Shown here piece by piece: positions 1 to 12,510 of a DNA stretch of 64,000 nt. The position numbers and the translations under genes are program-made. The DNA is from Polymyxa betae A26-41 (lineage: Eukaryota > Protista > Endomyxa: Phytomyxea), in contig RBZT01000286.1 in the NCBI GenBank assembly GCA_003693705.1, forward strand, positions 169,461 to 233,460, written 5' to 3'. Each line of letters starts with the position of its first letter. Position 1 is the stretch's first letter. A model generated the notes under the pieces. That model had not been told where the DNA came from, made no database searches, and saw only the letters and a program-made list of their open reading frames with translations.

Positions 1-390
1 ATAAATGCCTACCTAAATTGATGAGAGAAAGATTCGTGTCTTTGGCAAAGCATTGAAACTGCAGAAGAGTTAATGCGGGACGAGATAATTCACTGATAAA
101 CAAACGCGTAGAGAAACAAGCAGGGCAAGACAAAACGGCATCAGTTTGTGAAGTATCAATATCTTTCAAATTATTAGAATTCAGATAATTTCACAATAAA
201 ACAACAAACTCAAAGATTCCAGCAGCCATTTTTCATCTCGATCGTCTATTTCTGGATCATAAAGCTCGTCCGGATTGGGATATCTTAAAGTGTCATCTCC
301 GGAATCGTACTCTCCCATGATATTGCCATTGCCGTTGGCCTGTACATCACCACCGTTACGGGCATGAGAGTCGGTGTTGTGGGAACCCAT
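1..390 (-). CDS. EAPP: E2F-associated phosphoprotein (EAPP)-like, spliced, 3' end outside window
   Basis: Exon 1 has LYDPEIDDRDEKW. Manually spliced downstream exons give QTDAVLSCPACFSTLSMLCQRHE, the EAPP C-terminal cysteine motif. Confidence 0.8.
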
Positions 391-764
391 TTTACAGAAA
401 TCTGAAAAGATGATGCGCGGACAATTAAATCGCTTTTATATTCACGAACCAGTCTGATTTTTCAAGCGATTTAAGAACTAAAAAATGCCATTGTCATGAC
501 CCAGGTGCTGTCTGCAACAGATTACAACAACAGGAGTAGGATTATAGCCAAGTTGATTTATTGAGTTGGCGCAGCCCCATGGTCGAATTCGGTCAAGTAG
601 GTAGTCATAGTGTAACGTTTCCAGGAGGTTTCCTATTTCAGTATTCTGGGCTCTGCTGCTTCCGCTGGCTTCTTAACTGCCCGCCCTGTTTCACACATCT
701 AATTCTACCTCTATTTCTTATATTGTCATGTTCCTGGCCCCGGATTGCTGATTGCTGCTTCGTC

Positions 765-3700
765 ATGGTTTTGCTATTCGTCCGGAAAACTACCGGGACG
801 ACCTTATCGGTCGACATTGAGGTCCAGGCAACAGTGCTGGCTTTAAAGGAAACTTTGCATGCCATTGAAGGATCTGCACCGGCGAGACAAACTTTGATTT
901 TCGCCGGTCGAGTGTTAAAAGACGATGCAACTCTGCTCTCGTATAACATTACGAAAGAGTGTAGCATCCAGCTCTTCACCAGCGCTGTGCAGCGCCTGAA
1001 AGATGGAGAAGTACGTATGGAAACTACGATTCCAACATCGCAGACTAAATATTGTCGAAAGGATATAAAAAATGGTGAAAACGCTGGTCCAGCTCCGGTC
1101 GAGCTAACACCCGATTCCTCGCTGATCGAAGGGAAGAAGTTACCTCAAAGGATCTCGAGCGGAACATCGATAGGGGTTGCTTCATCAACGCGAAGTCATC
1201 AACAAGAAGGCGGTGTTTGTGACGTTTTAAGACACGGAGATATCGTTGTTATTAGATTGCTTGAGGCAAGGAACTTGGAACGCGCCGACTTCTGGCCAGG
1301 TTTAACGTTATGCATCCCCTTTACATCATTTCTTATCTGAAAGCAGTGCTATCCGGGTCGTCAGATCCATACGTGATCTTTGCATTAGGAAATAACAGTG
1401 CAAAGAGCAAAATTATTCGGCGAAATTTAAATCCCATTTGGAATGAGGTTTGATGCTATTGTGCGCTGGCAGAAATCGTGTTTTCATCCGTTCGTAGACC
1501 TTCGGTTTCCGTATCAACGAGGAAGATGAAAAAGCTGTATTGAGAGTTCTTGTTTTCGATTTCGATAACTTCACTCCAGATGACTTCATTGGATCTGTGG
1601 AAATCAATCTTAGCAGCCTCCAAAGGGGGAAAGTGATTGACAGATGGGTTGATTTGCAGAACGTGAAAACCGGACAGATACATTTGCAATTCCATCGTTC
1701 TATTCTGACATCGCCTTCTTTGAACACGATTGTTACCTCATTAATGGAGCTGGTAACGAATGATTCAAATATCGCTAGTCTCTTGCTCATTTACAACAAG
1801 GAACGGTCTTGGACGCCAGAAGATCTCTCACGGCATGGAATCAAGCTTGAACACCTAACTGGTGAATTAGCTTGGTTTACAGAAAACACAACCAATCCTG
1901 CAATCGAACATCTGGCTGAATCCATCCGTATGGGAAACATCGACTGGAAAGCGAGCTCCCTTGCGAGAATCGAAACTATTCTAACCAGTCAAGGGCTCTG
2001 TACTACCCCTGTCAGCAATTCTTTTCGAGTTTGGAAGCGGACTAATTGTTTCGTCTTTCAGGGTCTTCCTACTCCTTACATATGGTTTAGCGGAATCGCC
2101 AACGATTGCTCACCTACAGGACTAATTCAAGAAATATGCAAACATGCAGCCGTTAAGCACATCAACTTTCCCTCGAAGGGATGTGCATATGTTGGCTTCC
2201 GATCGATCTCCGATTCTCTTCTTTGTTTTCTCCATATGCAGCATAAACAGTATAGCAACGGCGTGCTGGAACTCGGATTTGGACGGGTATTTGTCGTTGT
2301 GGCTAGCATTATTGGCAAATTCCTGATTCTTTCGTTAAGTATATTCCACGAAATGACCCGTTTCTGACTTCATGCGGTCGAGCTGGATTTCTTCATATTT
2401 TCCATCCATCGATGGCAAATTGGATATATGGATGGATGTTTCTGGTAAATAATTCTATCCATTTTTTCAGTGATTTGCAAATTGATTCGCCCACTTTCTC
2501 GATGGATTTGGGTCGGATTTACATTTGTAGTCATGGTCCTAATTCGATTGAATTACATGACAAAAGCAAGCAACAGAGTGCATTTATTCGATCTGATTCC
2601 CATAATCAGATTGTCGATTGGAAATCAGTTTTCAAGAAAGTAATCATATGATTTATCAACTGCATCGTTCTCATAACTCTTGATCAGATCCAGCTGTCAT
2701 CAGCGCCAGGCAGTTTTCGAGCTGAACCCGGATGTATTCCCGAAGAAATCGTTCAGTCAGTTTCTTGTCGCTGTAACGACTGTTCGAAAGAATATCAGTT
2801 GAACGAAGTTTACTTTCACAAATCTTCTGAAAACTGCTCTAGCAACTACGTTTGCATTTACTGCTTGCGGCAAATAATTCTAAAGAAGGTTCTCGTTTTT
2901 TATCCTTTCTTCTACGGATTAATAATCGAAGTTTAGGTGGAATCTGGAGAAGTTACGTCGTTAGCTTCTGAATTTACCGTCCAAGATATTCGGGATCTTC
3001 TTTATGCGTCTGAATTCGAGTTATATCTTGATTCCAGTCTTCGGGAGTTATTGGATGCAGATGATAATTTTGTCAGATGTCCCAAATGCTCTGTCGCTGT
3101 CGAGTGAGTCACCTGTTCTCATTCTTGCTTGCGTATACCTACAAACTTTATAGATACGTTCGAGATGGTGTCCAAGATATGCCCGATTTTTCCAGGCTGG
3201 TTGGCGTCGACGGAAAAGCAATCAACATCTATACCCAGTCGCATTATCTCAATAATAGGTTGAGATGTCGAAACAGCCATTGCACAATTGATTTCTGCCG
3301 AAGCTGTCATGAGACACCTTATCATGCAGGTTTCGATTGTGAAGAATTTAAGGTCTTCAAGTCTGCAGGTTTGCTTATGAAATCTTTCAATGCATTCAAA
3401 TCGGTGACTGGCTTTAGAGCATTGTCGATTTTGTGATTGCGCCTTGCTCGTGGGCAAAACTTTGGCAACAGAGCCTCCTTCGAAAGCGTTAGAACGATGC
3501 TGCAACCAGGTGGACTGCTTGAGAAAACGTGATCAAGCTTGTCTTGAGTTCTTGCCTTGTGGCCATTATTGCGGTTTGCATCAAAAAAAGTTGCTGCCGT
3601 GCCAGAGCTGAAAGCTCTTTTGTAGGTGGTGTTCGGGACGAAAAGCATCATCCGCACTGCTTGTTCGATGACGTGAAACCAGAACAAGTTACACAAGACC

Positions 3701-4743
3701 ATTCCGACTTCTGTAATATATGCTTCACTGAACCCTTGGGTGCTTCTCCAGTCATCGAATTGGATTGTGGCCATTTCTTTCACTTTGAATGCGTCAAGAA
3801 GCGTCTGACGGAAAGGTAATGCTGGTTTTTCTGGGAGTTTCATTCTCATGACCTTCATCAGGTGGTCAACTCCTCAAATTACGTTTGGGTTCTGCAAGTG
3901 CCCCTTGTGCAAAATAAATATTCATCATGAGCTTCTCATCCCCTGTCTGAGTCCTATCTGGGAGTTACACAGAGGCATCGAAAATAAAGCATATAACCGT
4001 CTTATATACGAAGGTCTTCTAAAGAAAGAGGAGTTACAAGAAAATGGTATGGAAATGGTTGCCTTGTATGCTCATTTAAATTCATGTTTTAGGTCCGTAT
4101 TATCGAAATGCTATGGGTTTTGCAATCCAGTATTTCGCTTATTATATGTGTTTTAAATGCAAAGTATATAGTTGAACGTTTCCAGATCTTATTTTTGACC
4201 TGGAACAGGTCCCCTATTTTGGCGGCCAACCGCGGTGCAACGACGGCCTTGATCATTTTGATCCTTCAGAATTGGTGTGCGGCCCTTGCAGCGGAATCGG
4301 TGTGTCAGAGTGTACTACACATGGCAAGGAATTTATACAGTTCAAATGCCGGTTTTGTTGCAAGTATGTATTTCATATTCTGGTTCCATTATATCTAACC
4401 CATTTGTCCTTTAGTTTAAGTACTTGGTATTGCTGGGTATCGAACATATATCTCCATCATAAAGTATTAGCAAAACTGAGCAAAGACATAGGGAACTACT
4501 CACTTTTGCGACGACTGTCACCGAAGACAGGAAGCCCATGATTATATGAGCACCAAGTCCCAAGGGGAATTGATCCAATGTGAGGGCCCAGCCAAGTGTC
4601 CTTTGGGAATTGAACACCCTCCGTTCGTACATCTAATCTCTAGTAAGGATTTCACTGATGATCTTGCTTCTAGGAATGGTGAAGAGTTCAGCCTTGGTTG
4701 TTCACTTTGTCGTGGAGGAGCTGCTCAGCATTTGGCTCAGTGA
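765..4743 (+). CDS. Multidomain E3 ubiquitin ligase: UBL-C2-RRM-PH-RING-like-IBR followed by MYCBP2/Highwire-type RING and tandem-cysteine (RCR) module
   Basis: GT-AG junctions join all exons in frame from ATG 765 to TGA 4743. Motifs: QTLIFAGRVLKDDATLLSYNI (UBL); SSDPYVIF..NLNPIWNE..VFDFDNF..DDFIG (C2); KGCAYVGF (RNP1); CPKC..CRNSHCTIDFCRSCHETPYH (IBR); CNICFTEPLGASPVIELDCGHFFH and [47 protein letters not shown] (MYCBP2 C-terminus). Confidence 0.85.
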
Positions 4744-4826
4744 GAACTTTCAATCATGCTGTGTATGCGGCTTACTACTTAACCAGTTACAAATAAATAT
4801 TTAATTGATGGTGTGATAACAGTGTA

Positions 4827-5785
4827 TTAAACATGGAAAATTTTCTTGAAATTTGGTTCTTCTTCTTCGGTACCGTCATTCGCAGTCACTATCATAGAAC
4901 GGTGTGTTGACGTTCTGCTTAACTTGTACCGATATTTCACTTTCCTTATTTCCTGATCGACGCCTTCGTATGAGCAGTGTTTTAGACGATGAATAATGGG
5001 AACGATTACGATTTCTCTGATCTTGTCGTCTACCTGATATAACTTGTTTACATGCCACTTGAATACAAACGATTGCATACTTTAGTGAACACCTCCTCTG
5101 GAATTTCCATCTCCCGGAATCGAGTATACATCAGCGTTAGAGCATCACAGAGATTTACGACGGTGAATGTATAATCAAGTTCACATGGCTGTATGAAAAA
5201 TAAATGAAGCAATCATTATCTTAAGCATTGACGAACAATATTGCAGTTGAAAAGATACTCAAAGACTAACTTCTTGCCGGATTTCGCTACCGAAGGCTTT
5301 TCTTTAGCTGAGACACCTGCCAGAGGTTCTCGGCAATCAACAGGTTTACTTAATGCAGAAGGCACGATTTCGCGATGACCCGAATATTTGGCCTCTAATT
5401 CTTCAAACATTAGCAACAGAGCACGACTGAGATCTGCTGCTGATTTCATGGTCAATAAACGTGAGCATGATATTCCCAAAACAAATAACTCTTCAACACT
5501 GCAAACCTGTTCAGATTTGATTAACTCATTGGATTGCCTGCATTACGATAGATGTTTTGTTGACTTTTGTCGAGAGATTTGAACAGGATCGACGCGAACC
5601 ATTCCAAGCCACATGGCTCCATCGGTCTCATGAGCTAGCCGTATCTGATCTAGTGTGTGCAGACGCCTGACAATGCAATGCGTCACGGACGAGGCTGGAG
5701 ACAATTTGGAACCTCGGGTGGCATGATTTTTCATACGCCTGATGGATGTCAGGCTGGTAAGTGCTGTAGCTTGTTCAGATGTCAT
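4827..5785 (-). CDS. Hypothetical protein (spliced, probably conserved)
   Basis: Three to four coding-like exons with GT-AG ends (RRLHTLDQIRLAHE..MWLGMV; LFVLGIS..ALLLMFEELE; FEYL..ELDY..LCDALTLMY; VDDKIREIV). Start codon uncertain (5734 or 5785). Confidence 0.55.
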
Positions 5786-6197
5786 TATAAAATTGAATGA
5801 GAGTAGAAGATCACGACACAATGTAGTGAAGTAGTGGCGCCGCCTCTTCCAGTCAAGATGACTTGTTACATTTAACTTTGTATTACATTACATCATATAT
5901 TGAGTTTGTCAATTCAATTGCATTATTCTTATTCAAGAGCATTACTGGTTAAGTCCTTTCAGACAATCAGAACCGGTAGCAAATGGTCAGGAATGGTTGG
6001 AAGCTATCCAGAATTATCGCCAAGGTTTTCTCTTATCAAGCAATTGAGGATAGTTTGCTTAACATGAAAAGCTCTCATTTCCTCATCTGTGATCTATTAA
6101 CTATTATTGCCAGTGAATATAATGATATCACTATTAGTGATGTTTAGACGACATCTGTTTGGTCCGTAGTTAACAATCCCGATTAGATTAACACTGA

Positions 6198-8131
6198 ATG
6201 TCCACAATTGGCCCGAATCTCCCCGAGTCTGCCAAGGCAGCTGAATTTCTTGGGACACCGCTCACAGGCAGGTCCAGATCTGTAGCTAATAATGAGGATC
6301 CATTGAAGGTTGTCGCTGGTCGTTATAAGCAGGGTTTGTCCTATTACTTCACATAGAGATCTCCAGTTTCTGACTGTCAGCTCACTATTATTTAAATTTA
6401 GATGAATTAAATCAATTTGGACCCAGTTTTAATGAACTAAATCTGTATGTTAGAAGTAAAATCGGGGCTGGTTACCGATGGGAGAGGTGGTCAACGATTT
6501 CATGGTGCATTTCATGGGTAAACAACAGCTGACTTCCATATAAAGTTATAAATTAATTGATATCAATGAACAGAGGGTTCTCTGCTGGTTATTTCAACAC
6601 GGTTGGGTCCATTCATGGCTTCACTCCGTCATCCTTCAAATCCTCTCGAAAATCTGGCCGTTCTACAGTACAACAAAAACCGGAAGATTTCATGGATGAA
6701 GAAGATTTAGATGAGCATATGCAGCTCGGGGTTAATGTTAAAAATCAGTCATTATTCTCAACTACGGCAGATGAACTTGCTGCACGTTCTTCTGAGATCG
6801 CACCTGGATTAGTGACCAGTGCTCCGATCGTTCGTTCAATTGGGATCATACTAATGCAAAGAATGGGATGGTCTCGTGGCGATCCTATTGGGAAATCTCG
6901 AATTCAAATACGACATTATACAGTTGAGCCAGATCCAACAGTTCAACAGGCGAGATCAGCACCAAAAGCCGATGTGCTCGGATTAGGTTATGTTCCGTCT
7001 AGTGACGAACAACTACGAAGATTGCCGACAGTTGACGATGATGATGGCAGCTTTACTGAAAAATATGATACGAGTATTTCATTTGGTGATGAAGATGAGG
7101 TTACTGTTGCTCACAAGCCAAAATCGACAAAGGTGAAAGAACGGTTTCCAGGTTATATTCTGTCTACCGTTGATGTATCAATTGTATCTCCTCCACCTAT
7201 TCAAGGATTACGAATACCCAAAAATTGGAAGCCATCTGCCTGTCCTGTTACTGAAGCTGAAATTGCTCCTGAGCTGGAACGATTTCGCTCTGATATTGAG
7301 CTGGTTGCGAAACGTCGTCGTCGACCTTTGTCACTCGATGAGCGCTCAGCAGCCTTGGGCGAGGAAGTTCACCCTGCAGCTCTTTCGACACAGCAGACAT
7401 CGATTTTCAGCATGATATCATCTGAGGCAAAAGCGCAGCTCTCTAAATCGCTTACGAATATGTTCCATGTTGGGTCAACATTAGCTGTTGGCAATACTGA
7501 TGATATTACCGTACATTTTCCTGATGATCCTGCAAAGCAGGCTCGATTTGTGCAATTCTTGAAGACCAAAGCAATAGGTGGCGATCCAACTTCAGAACCT
7601 ACCCGAGATTGGCGAAGTGCTTTAGAGCTGCAACAGTTCGAGACATTGGCATCGACTATTCCTGCACCAGCTGTTAAACAGGAACCGAAGACTGAATCCC
7701 GACCTGAGATTCCAACCGATTACGATTCAGCAGCCAAATTGAAAATGTTTGGATCATTAACTCGAGAGACGATGGATTGGGTTCCTCCAAGACTGCTGTG
7801 TAAAAGATTTCATGTTCCAGATCCATATCAAGGTCGTGCTATCCCGACACCCACCATTCAGAAGCGCACACGATATGAGGACCTTCTGGCTACAGTTCAT
7901 CCCGAGTTGGTCGCCCTTCAGAACCCGGTTACACCCCCTGTTTCAGTTAAACAGGAGAACGCGAACGAAGAAGATACACCTGAGAAAGAAGATCGCCCTC
8001 CTGTTGATTTGTTCAAAGCCATATTTGCTGAAAGTGATGATGACGCTGAAGAGAACGAGCTGCCAGAGCAAATTTCCAGGAGGGGCAATCCTGATAAACC
8101 CGATAGTAAAAGGCCAAGGATCGGTTGTTGA
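6198..8131 (+). CDS. GPATCH1: G-patch domain-containing protein 1 (GPATCH1/TOUGH-like)
   Basis: QRFHGAF..GGFSAGYFNTVGS..QKPEDFMDEED (DUF1604), G-patch LMQRMGWSRGDPIG, FPDDPAKQARF, FGSLTRETMDWVPPRLLCKRF, DLFKAIF. The 3' end could include an extra exon. Confidence 0.88.
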
Positions 8132-8389
8132 TAAATTCTTCTAATTATTACAATCCCCTAATGTGAAACGTCAGATTAGAAGACAAGAAGGTCAATACAG
8201 CACGCAACCAGCAACGACAACTCGTAAAGGATTGTCAAATATTGATGGAAGTAATAGAACTCACAGATCGGCAGTCTGAACCGAGATCATATCTTATTAG
8301 GTGACTTAGAATCAAACTGTATGCTAAAATGTTTTATAGAGATATGGGTGTTGAATTATTCAGAAGATGTCCAAGAATATCTTTGCATA

Positions 8390-9635
8390 TTATTTGCAAT
8401 GTGGGAAAGGTGGCAGCACCAGACCCGTTTTGTTGACTCTATCAGCAGTAAATATTCCCCAATGTCGTTCAATTTCATCGGCATCAGTTTTCCATGATGC
8501 GTCAAATGCTTCAAACCAGTAGAATTTGATGTTGTCTCTGGTAGCTCGACAAACGAACTCCTTCATATAAATGTCGTAATTGTCTGGTGTTGTTCTAGAG
8601 CCACCTCCAGCAGAAGGCCAACCAGTCTCTCCAATGATAACCTCCTTTCCCTCAGATCTATCTTGAAGCTCATACAGTTGACTGAAGGTTGTATCAGCAG
8701 CAGCTGTAGCTGGAACATCAGCTGCAAAATACGGATGCAGATTTGCTACAACTGCATCAACTGCATTCACCAATCTGATATCCATGTCAATGATAATCAT
8801 TAAGGAATATTTCTGTAATTAACCTGTGATTATCATAGAAACTGGTTACAACATCTACAGTAGTGATAGAGACTCGTTGGAAGAACATGGCTCCAACCTG
8901 ACGTCGAACTTGATGAATCAAATCTATTAACGACTAAATCTAATATTAATAGTCTTTTCATAAAAATATGAATCAGCTTACCTCAACAGGAAGCAGATGT
9001 CTCATAATAACTTCATTGCCAACATTGATCATATCGATATGACGAAGACCATGCTTCTTGATGACAGCCAATATCTAGACAGCAGCTCAATAATGAATTG
9101 CAAAAAGAAAGACAGTAAACGACTTCTCGAATTCCTCCTTGATTAGCATCATTATCGCTTGTGACAGGTATCGCAGCCATCACCCGAAACTTGCCCAAAG
9201 CTTTTGGGTTTTGTTCGATGGCCGTTAACACCACATCAAGATGACATGCATCAGCATATGTTCGAATGCGATTTGTGATCGGAGAGATCATTAAAAGATC
9301 TTCTGTTACTTTGTCAACAGTAGGACACCATTCATCAGGTCGTGCCTGAACATTCATTAGTAAGCGACGACCTTGTGATAATAGAATATACATACAGGAT
9401 TGTATGATATACCCCAGAAGGTATTACGAGCAGACGGGATACTAATCGGGTTTAATTTGATCAGAATATAGACGAGAAGTGAGCTAAATATTGTAATCAG
9501 GATCATGCCAGCCATATAGAGGGCTGCCGTCCCAATTCGATGCAGCTTAGTGTTTATCAGTGGCTGACATCGATCACGGTTGCCGCTAAGATCTTGAATC
9601 AATAAAGGCTGCCGTGATGTATCTGAAATCTGCAT
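8390..9635 (-). CDS. Glycoside hydrolase family 17 beta-1,3-glucanase/glucanosyltransferase with N-terminal membrane anchor
   Basis: RIRTY, INVGNE (acid/base Glu), ANLHPYF, IIGETGWPS (nucleophile Glu), YWFEAFDASWK, ERHWGIFT. Hydrophobic segment in exon 1. Confidence 0.9.
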
Positions 9636-10179
9636 GATGAGATGACAGATGATATAGAGAAGTCAGTGAATGACTGCAGATGTGTTGGAGTACAGGGTTG
9701 CCTCACAATCTATTGGGATCTCCTGTATCAGTGCGTATGTGAGACCCCAATAATACCCCACGATACTTCAAGATCCGTCACGCAACCGTAACCATCCGTG
9801 GAAGACTCGACGCAAGACCGCGAGTCTGCCTAGACTTCTTGGAATTCCTTTCACGCTTTGTTTACTGCTACATTTTCTCGAACGGCGGCGTACAATAGGT
9901 TATTTTCGAACATTCCTAGTTACTTTTATGTAACAATGAATAGAGCATTGGTTTTCATCACATGTGATCCATTCTTGAATTTCTTGTTTATAGAGTTTAA
10001 CCAGCAAAGGGATAAGATATCACGTACCGGTAGTGAAAATCTAAGTAATAGATATGAAAGATCATAGTCTCTTAGATATGATATAGATTTCAGTATAGAA
10101 TATCATTGATATAAAAGTACTATATAAGCGGCCTCCCAGGTCCTCGTCATCATTGGTATAACGACATTCTTTCGTCAGT

Positions 10180-11056
10180 ATGTCACTAAGCAATACCAAC
10201 GCTGTGGCATCCACATCCAATAGCGCCTTCACCGAACAGGCCAAGAAACTCGTCATCAAAGTCGGCATGATTGGCGATTCACAGACAGGTCAGTATGAAG
10301 TTTTTCTGCCTTCATGGCTCAAAGCTGGCTACAGGTAAAACCAGCCTTATGGTGAAATATGTCGAAGGAAGGTTTGATGAAGATTATATTCAAACTCTCG
10401 GTATACCAAGGCGATGCCATCTCGAGTTTCATTTTAAATAGATTGCAGGCGTTAATTTTATGGAGAAAACAATCAACCTACGAAATTTAGAAATTACGTT
10501 CAGCATTTGGGACTTAGGAGGTATACCAGTTTGGAATTTACAGCAGTTAGATAATCTGAGGGTCGTGCTTAGGACAGCAGGAATATTTGCATATGCTGCC
10601 ACTGGTCTGTAATGATGCTGTTGCTTTACTTTTCATGTTCGATTTATGTCGTAAATCAACCTTGACCGCTGTGAAAGAATGGTACAGGCAAGCTAGAAAA
10701 CTGAATAAGGTTTTGAAGGCTTCGATTTTGTCTTTTTTTGGATTCATAATTTGTACAGAGTGCTGTCCCTTTCCTAATCGGAACGAAGTATGATGTTTTT
10801 GCGAAGGCTCCCATGGAGACAAAAGCCGATATAACTAAACAGGTATTTCTCTTGCTCTTGGAATAGCGTCAATGTACTCATTGCACGGTAGGCGAGGAAG
10901 TTTGCAAAAGCTATGAAGGCGCCGTTAATATTTTGTTCGGCGTCACATGCAATCAATGTAAAGAAGATTTACAAAATCATCATCTCCAAAGTGTTCGAAT
11001 TACAATGTACGGTAGAGATGGTTACAGCAATCGGTGATCCTATCATCGAATATTAA
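10180..11056 (+). CDS. TEM1: Septum-promoting/mitotic-exit small GTPase Tem1/Spg1
   Basis: Spliced translation [81 protein letters not shown]. Confidence 0.93.
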
Positions 11057-11106
11057 ACCAATGTATTCTTTGTACTCTTCATTGTCTAGTTATAATCAGG
11101 TTTTCC

Positions 11107-12298
11107 TCAAAATCGGTAGAAATCCTGGAATGTCTCATCGTCCTTTCGAACATTGGTCTGTAGAACCTGCTCAGAGTATACGTATCCTCCCACCAGCTCA
11201 ATCACAACCAGGTATAGCAATACGGCAATGCTGGCAAACTGGATCCAGGCGAATTTAATAATTTCTGAGAAGCCAGGAAAATAACTGCATCGGTTGTTAT
11301 TGAAAACAGAGTCAAAGTGGAAAACACAAAACCTGATTGTCTGGGTTGGAATCCTGCAAGTGATATTGAGCTCAAACTGAGCGGAGGTGCCTTTCCTCCA
11401 TAACGGAAATCGGTCTGAATTGAAAACCACTGTATCTTTTGGTAGCAAATTGGCAATTGATCTCAAACAGGATACAATTCATACCATTTCTTGATGTATA
11501 CGAAGCCAGCCATTCGGTCAAATCAAAATTGTTGTAAGAGCTGATCGGATCGGGAATCGTTGGAGGTGCTTCATAATCTGCATTGCTGTTGAGTCTGTAC
11601 AAGCTGAGCACTGATTCAGGCTAAAATTTGCTGAAGATACCGATATAGAGGCTGAGATTGCCAATATTCAAGATTGCCCGATATTTCCAAATAGGACCCT
11701 GGCATTGGGGATTCGTGCTTGACGATGATGGGAACGTTCATCAAAAGTGCTATCTGGTCATTAAGGAGAAACTCAACGAAGAAAACGGTAGTCGCCCCAT
11801 GCACTTGCAAACCGTTACTAATTGGAACCGTGATTCCCAGACTAATAATGTCGTTGGATCCATCACGATTTGAGTCCGCTTCCTGTACCTAGGAAACTCT
11901 ATCGGCGATAATTTAAATGGATTGCAGTGAACCAACACGGATTAACGCAGGTATGAATTCGTTGTCAGAAATAGCATCATTCAATGTGGGAAATGTACTC
12001 CAGAACTTTGTGCCATGCTGACTTGTTGTCGAATCGAAAGTATCCAGAATCAAGATGGATTCATGCCGGAAGGAGATCTTGGGCTGTTCCCGATATTTAC
12101 CTTGCTTTCTCCATAGAGCTATCAACATGACTTTAGGCCAAATCTGCAATCGTGGGATTACTTACCGCCGGAGTTATAGGCTAGATAGAACGATACAAAT
12201 ATTACAACAATATAAGAAAGAAAACGAAACAGGTTTGCGGCCGACAGGAACGGGGCTGTATATCGGACTCGCAATGGCGAAGAGTATACCTGGGCCAT
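11107..12298 (-). CDS. TMEM231: Transmembrane protein 231 (ciliary transition zone, MKS complex)
   Basis: MAQVYSSPLRVRYTAP..TM..LWRKQGKYREQPKISFRHE; PGSYLEISGNLEYWQSQPL; YFPGFSEIIKFAWIQF followed by a C-terminal TM. Confidence 0.85.
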
Positions 12299-12510
12299 CG
12301 ACAAGTCGTACTACAAGGTTTGCAGACCTGTTGCAATCTGAATCATGAAGGTCGTAATCTGTGACGGAATCCAGACGAATAGAGCATGATGGACAGCTGC
12401 AGAGCAACGGCCAAACAAAATATCACTATGTCAGATATGGGATAATCTTGGTCTCATGTATGTGTATATACTATAAAAATGGCTTAAATAAAGGTGTAGA
12501 TAAAGCAGGG

